A DNA stretch of 38,994 bases from the sequence record SRR2962707_543. One strand, written 5' to 3'. Under the pieces are notes generated by a model that was not told the origin of the DNA, did not search any database, and worked only from the letters and a program-made list of their open reading frames with translations. The position numbers and the translations under genes are program-made. Each line of letters starts with the position of its first letter. The first letter of the stretch is position 1. Below, piece after piece: positions 36,642-38,994 of this stretch.

Positions 36642-38994
36642 TCAGTCGAGGCGTCCGCTTGCATGGGCAAGCATTGTGAAGACTTTGCCTGTGTCCGACA
36701 CAAGGTAGGACTGCGTGACAGTGCCATCGCGGTCCGTGCGGGCGACATCGTCCAATAGACGTTCAAAATCCTCGATATAGCGATCAACAGTACCGGCAAA
36801 CTTACGGTCTACTTGGTAGCGATGCTTGATCTCTTCAAATGTCTGTAGGCCGCGCATCGTGTAGAGCCGCTTTGTAAATACATCGCGTTCACCTTTGCGA
36901 TAACGATTCCAAACATCTGTTGCTGCTTGGTGATCGATAGCGCGGGCAATATCGGCAGATAAGTTGCTCAAAGGCTCTGCTGACTGCGTCTTTTGCTGTG
37001 GTTTATCGGCATTGCGTGCTGCAGGCGGGCGATAGTCTTGCTCGTCTTCAGATGCGCGGGCAAGCAGATCGCTGACCCAGCCTTTAGAAGCCTCATTTTG
37101 CTTTGTCGCAGGCCGGTCTATCGAGGGGCGCAAGGCCGTCGTCGGTGAAGTTGCTGCCTGTGCCGTGCGGGTGCGGGTCTCAGGACGGCGCGGTGCTTCT
37201 GCAGTGCGACGGGTTGCCTCGATGGCGGCTTGCTTAGGAGCGGCCTCCATCGAGGCTAAAGCCTTTTTTCTGCCAGCACCACCTTCACCGATATCAAAGG
37301 CGCGTCCGGAATCTTCAACGATACGGGACAAGTCCTTGAGTGCGTTGATCTGCTCTGAAACGGCGCGGCGCATTGCATTCGCCGATTCTCGTGTTTCGTC
37401 GGGCAGGGCCATAACGCCCTTGCGGACTTCTTCGCGCGTTGATTGGAGTTCGCTGCGCAATTCTGAAGAGATGCGGCGCATGTTTTCTGTTGCATCATCA
37501 AAGCGTGAAACGGCGTCTTCCGCTGTCTGCTTGATTGATTGAGCAAGGCCATCGGTTGATGAAAGTGCGCGTTTCTCGACGCCGTCCATCGTGGAGGTGA
37601 CAACAGATTCGAATGAACGAAGCAGTTTTTGAACCTCTTCGGATTTTCCAACGAGGCCAGATGACAAGCGATCAAGCGCTTCAACCCGCTCCTCTAATGT
37701 TTCGGTCAAATTGTTCTGCGCGGTACCAAGTAGATCAGATGCCGCAGACAACATATCGCCGTGATCGTTAAAGCGCGAGGCGATTGATGCAACATTGAGC
37801 AAGGTTTTCGATGAAACTTCATCAAGTTTATTGGTGTTTGTTGTCAGCAACGAAATTGACTGTTCGAGGTGACTTGTAACGCCGGTTGCTTTTTCAATGA
37901 AGTTTTCAGCCGTTGCGCCCAATTTTCCATCGATTGAGCCAATGCTTGCCGCTGCCAATTCAATGAGTTCGCCCAGACGTGAGTTTGATGAGGAGAGGCG
38001 ACCGATAAGGTCGCTTACGCCTTCAGATAGGTTCGTCTGCATGCTCTCTACAGCGGTCAAAGTTTCTGCTGTGCGTTCTGCGAGCATATTCACCAACTCG
38101 GTGTTCTGGGCACGTAGACGCTCAGTGGCAGCATTTGCAGCTGCTGCAAGCTCTTTGGCAACGCCTTCGCCGCTCTCGGCCAAGCTGTCGACAAGAGGTT
38201 TCGTTTTGTTATCGAGAATATTGCTTAGCTCAGCAGTACGTTCACTGATTTGCGATTCATATTTAGCAATGTCGCTCGTCAGTTTGTCTTGATGCGTGCT
38301 GAGAAGCTCTGCGATGCGTGCTGAAATGCCCTCGGCATTGTCATTAGACATTGCAGCGATGCGATTTGCTTCTTCCTCAATCTCTTTGCGTGATTCAATA
38401 ACTTTCTCACGCAGCGTGCCAGCCAATTTGCCCGCGCTTTCTTCCAATGTGCGGCGAATATTATCGACGCCCATGGTCAAGGCTTTTTCGAGTGTTTCAG
38501 TGCGTTCGCCAACCACGCCAGACTGCGCGTTAAACGCATCTTCTAGCGCTTTTGTCGATGTCGTTAGTGCATCAATGGTCGATGATGTATTGCCGCTGAC
38601 CATGTTAGCTTGATCGCGGAACGTATCTTCGAGCGCTTTCGTGCTTAGCTGGATCGCATCCACCGCGCTTGTCGTGCGCTGTTCAATTGCGTCGGCCATT
38701 TCAGCAGAGACTGCAGAAAGACGAGCAGAAACAGCGTTCGTGCGGCTTTCAATTTCAGCAATTGGACTTTCAATCGCTGAAGCAAAACGCTGCGCTGTGT
38801 GATTAACCGCGCCGTAAATTGCTTGTGTTTTCTCATCAAGGCGAGACAAGAAGCCAGATGATTGCTCGTCAATCGCACCAGTGACTGTGCGTGTTGTGTT
38901 TTCCAGGCCAGAAATCAGGTTCGCTGATTTCTCATCAATTGCACCGGTCATCGCCTGCGATGTATTATCCAAGCGAGACAAGAAGCCAGATGAT
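36642..38994 (-). CDS. rgsE: Growth pole ring protein GPR/RgsE-like, C-terminal part (5' end lies beyond window)
   Basis: Frame stays open to the window edge; long apolipoprotein-like helical repeats; LPDETRESANAMRRAVSEQINALKDLS, GWVSDLL and LSADIARAID...RY..GERDVFT.RLYT...DTGKVFTMLAHASGRL C-terminal block, recalled from Rhizobiales GPR/RgsE. Confidence 0.82.
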   Translation of the reverse strand, partial: SSGFLSRLDNTSQAMTGAIDEKSANLISGLENTTRTVTGAIDEQSSGFLSRLDEKTQAIYGAVNHTAQRFASAIESPIAEIESRTNAVSARLSAVSAEMADAIEQRTTSAVDAIQLSTKALEDTFRDQANMVSGNTSSTIDALTTSTKALEDAFNAQSGVVGERTETLEKALTMGVDNIRRTLEESAGKLAGTLREKVIESRKEIEEEANRIAAMSNDNAEGISARIAELLSTHQDKLTSDIAKYESQISERTAELSNILDNKTKPLVDSLAESGEGVAKELAAAANAATERLRAQNTELVNMLAERTAETLTAVESMQTNLSEGVSDLIGRLSSSNSRLGELIELAAASIGSIDGKLGATAENFIEKATGVTSHLEQSISLLTTNTNKLDEVSSKTLLNVASIASRFNDHGDMLSAASDLLGTAQNNLTETLEERVEALDRLSSGLVGKSEEVQKLLRSFESVVTSTMDGVEKRALSSTDGLAQSIKQTAEDAVSRFDDATENMRRISSELRSELQSTREEVRKGVMALPDETRESANAMRRAVSEQINALKDLSRIVEDSGRAFDIGEGGAGRKKALASMEAAPKQAAIEATRRTAEAPRRPETRTRTAQAATSPTTALRPSIDRPATKQNEASKGWVSDLLARASEDEQDYRPPAARNADKPQQKTQSAEPLSNLSADIARAIDHQAATDVWNRYRKGERDVFTKRLYTMRGLQTFEEIKHRYQVDRKFAGTVDRYIEDFERLLDDVARTDRDGTVTQSYLVSDTGKVFTMLAHASGRLD
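38796..38994 (-). repeat. 66-nt (22-aa) period coding repeats
   Basis: SSGFLSRLDNTSQAMTGAIDEK / SANLISGLENTTRTVTGAIDEQ / SSGFLSRLDEKTQAIYGAVNHT. The exact 22-nt direct repeat GCGAGACAAGAAGCCAGATGAT occurs at 38841 and 38973 (132 nt apart). Confidence 0.9.

Noticed and set aside
38841..38994. 22-nt direct repeat as a possible CRISPR or mobile-element repeat
   Set aside because: In-frame coding repeat with a 132-nt period inside a CDS; no cas or transposase genes in the window.

Overview
Gene-dense chromosomal window of an alphaproteobacterium, very likely Hyphomicrobiales/Rhizobiales (inferred from RgsE/GPR, DME-type malic enzyme, DUF2865 and the rpiA-DUF2059-gor-DAHP II-nadE-gltX gene order). 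It is mostly housekeeping. In order: the 3' end of a GST (absent from the ORF track), a UDG-like gene and a DecR-like Lrp regulator; a polar amino-acid ABC transporter without an ATPase; a molybdenum-cofactor operon (moaA-DMT-fdhD-mobA-mobB-moeA-cytochrome b561) divergent from DUF971-PNPOx; class I fumarase; an orphan TadG/vWA adhesin; fatty acid desaturase; gph; rpiA; DUF2059; gor; a GGCT-like gene; class II DAHP synthase; a DODA-type dioxygenase; GFA; nadE; an MFS transporter; a divergent gltX overlapping DUF2865 antisense; dme; an SDR; dgcA; an Mla/Pqi-hybrid MCE operon; and the 3' part of the growth-pole protein RgsE/GPR. I see no mobile element, CRISPR array, tRNA or rRNA, and no clearly new multi-gene system. 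The best leads are a Cys-bracketed Trp/Tyr/Gly-rich loop in the orphan TadG, the 86-nt antisense gltX/DUF2865 overlap, the gor-GGCT coupling with an upstream 11-2-11 palindrome, and the accessory genes in and around the Moco operon. All family calls come from motif recognition by eye; no database search was run.
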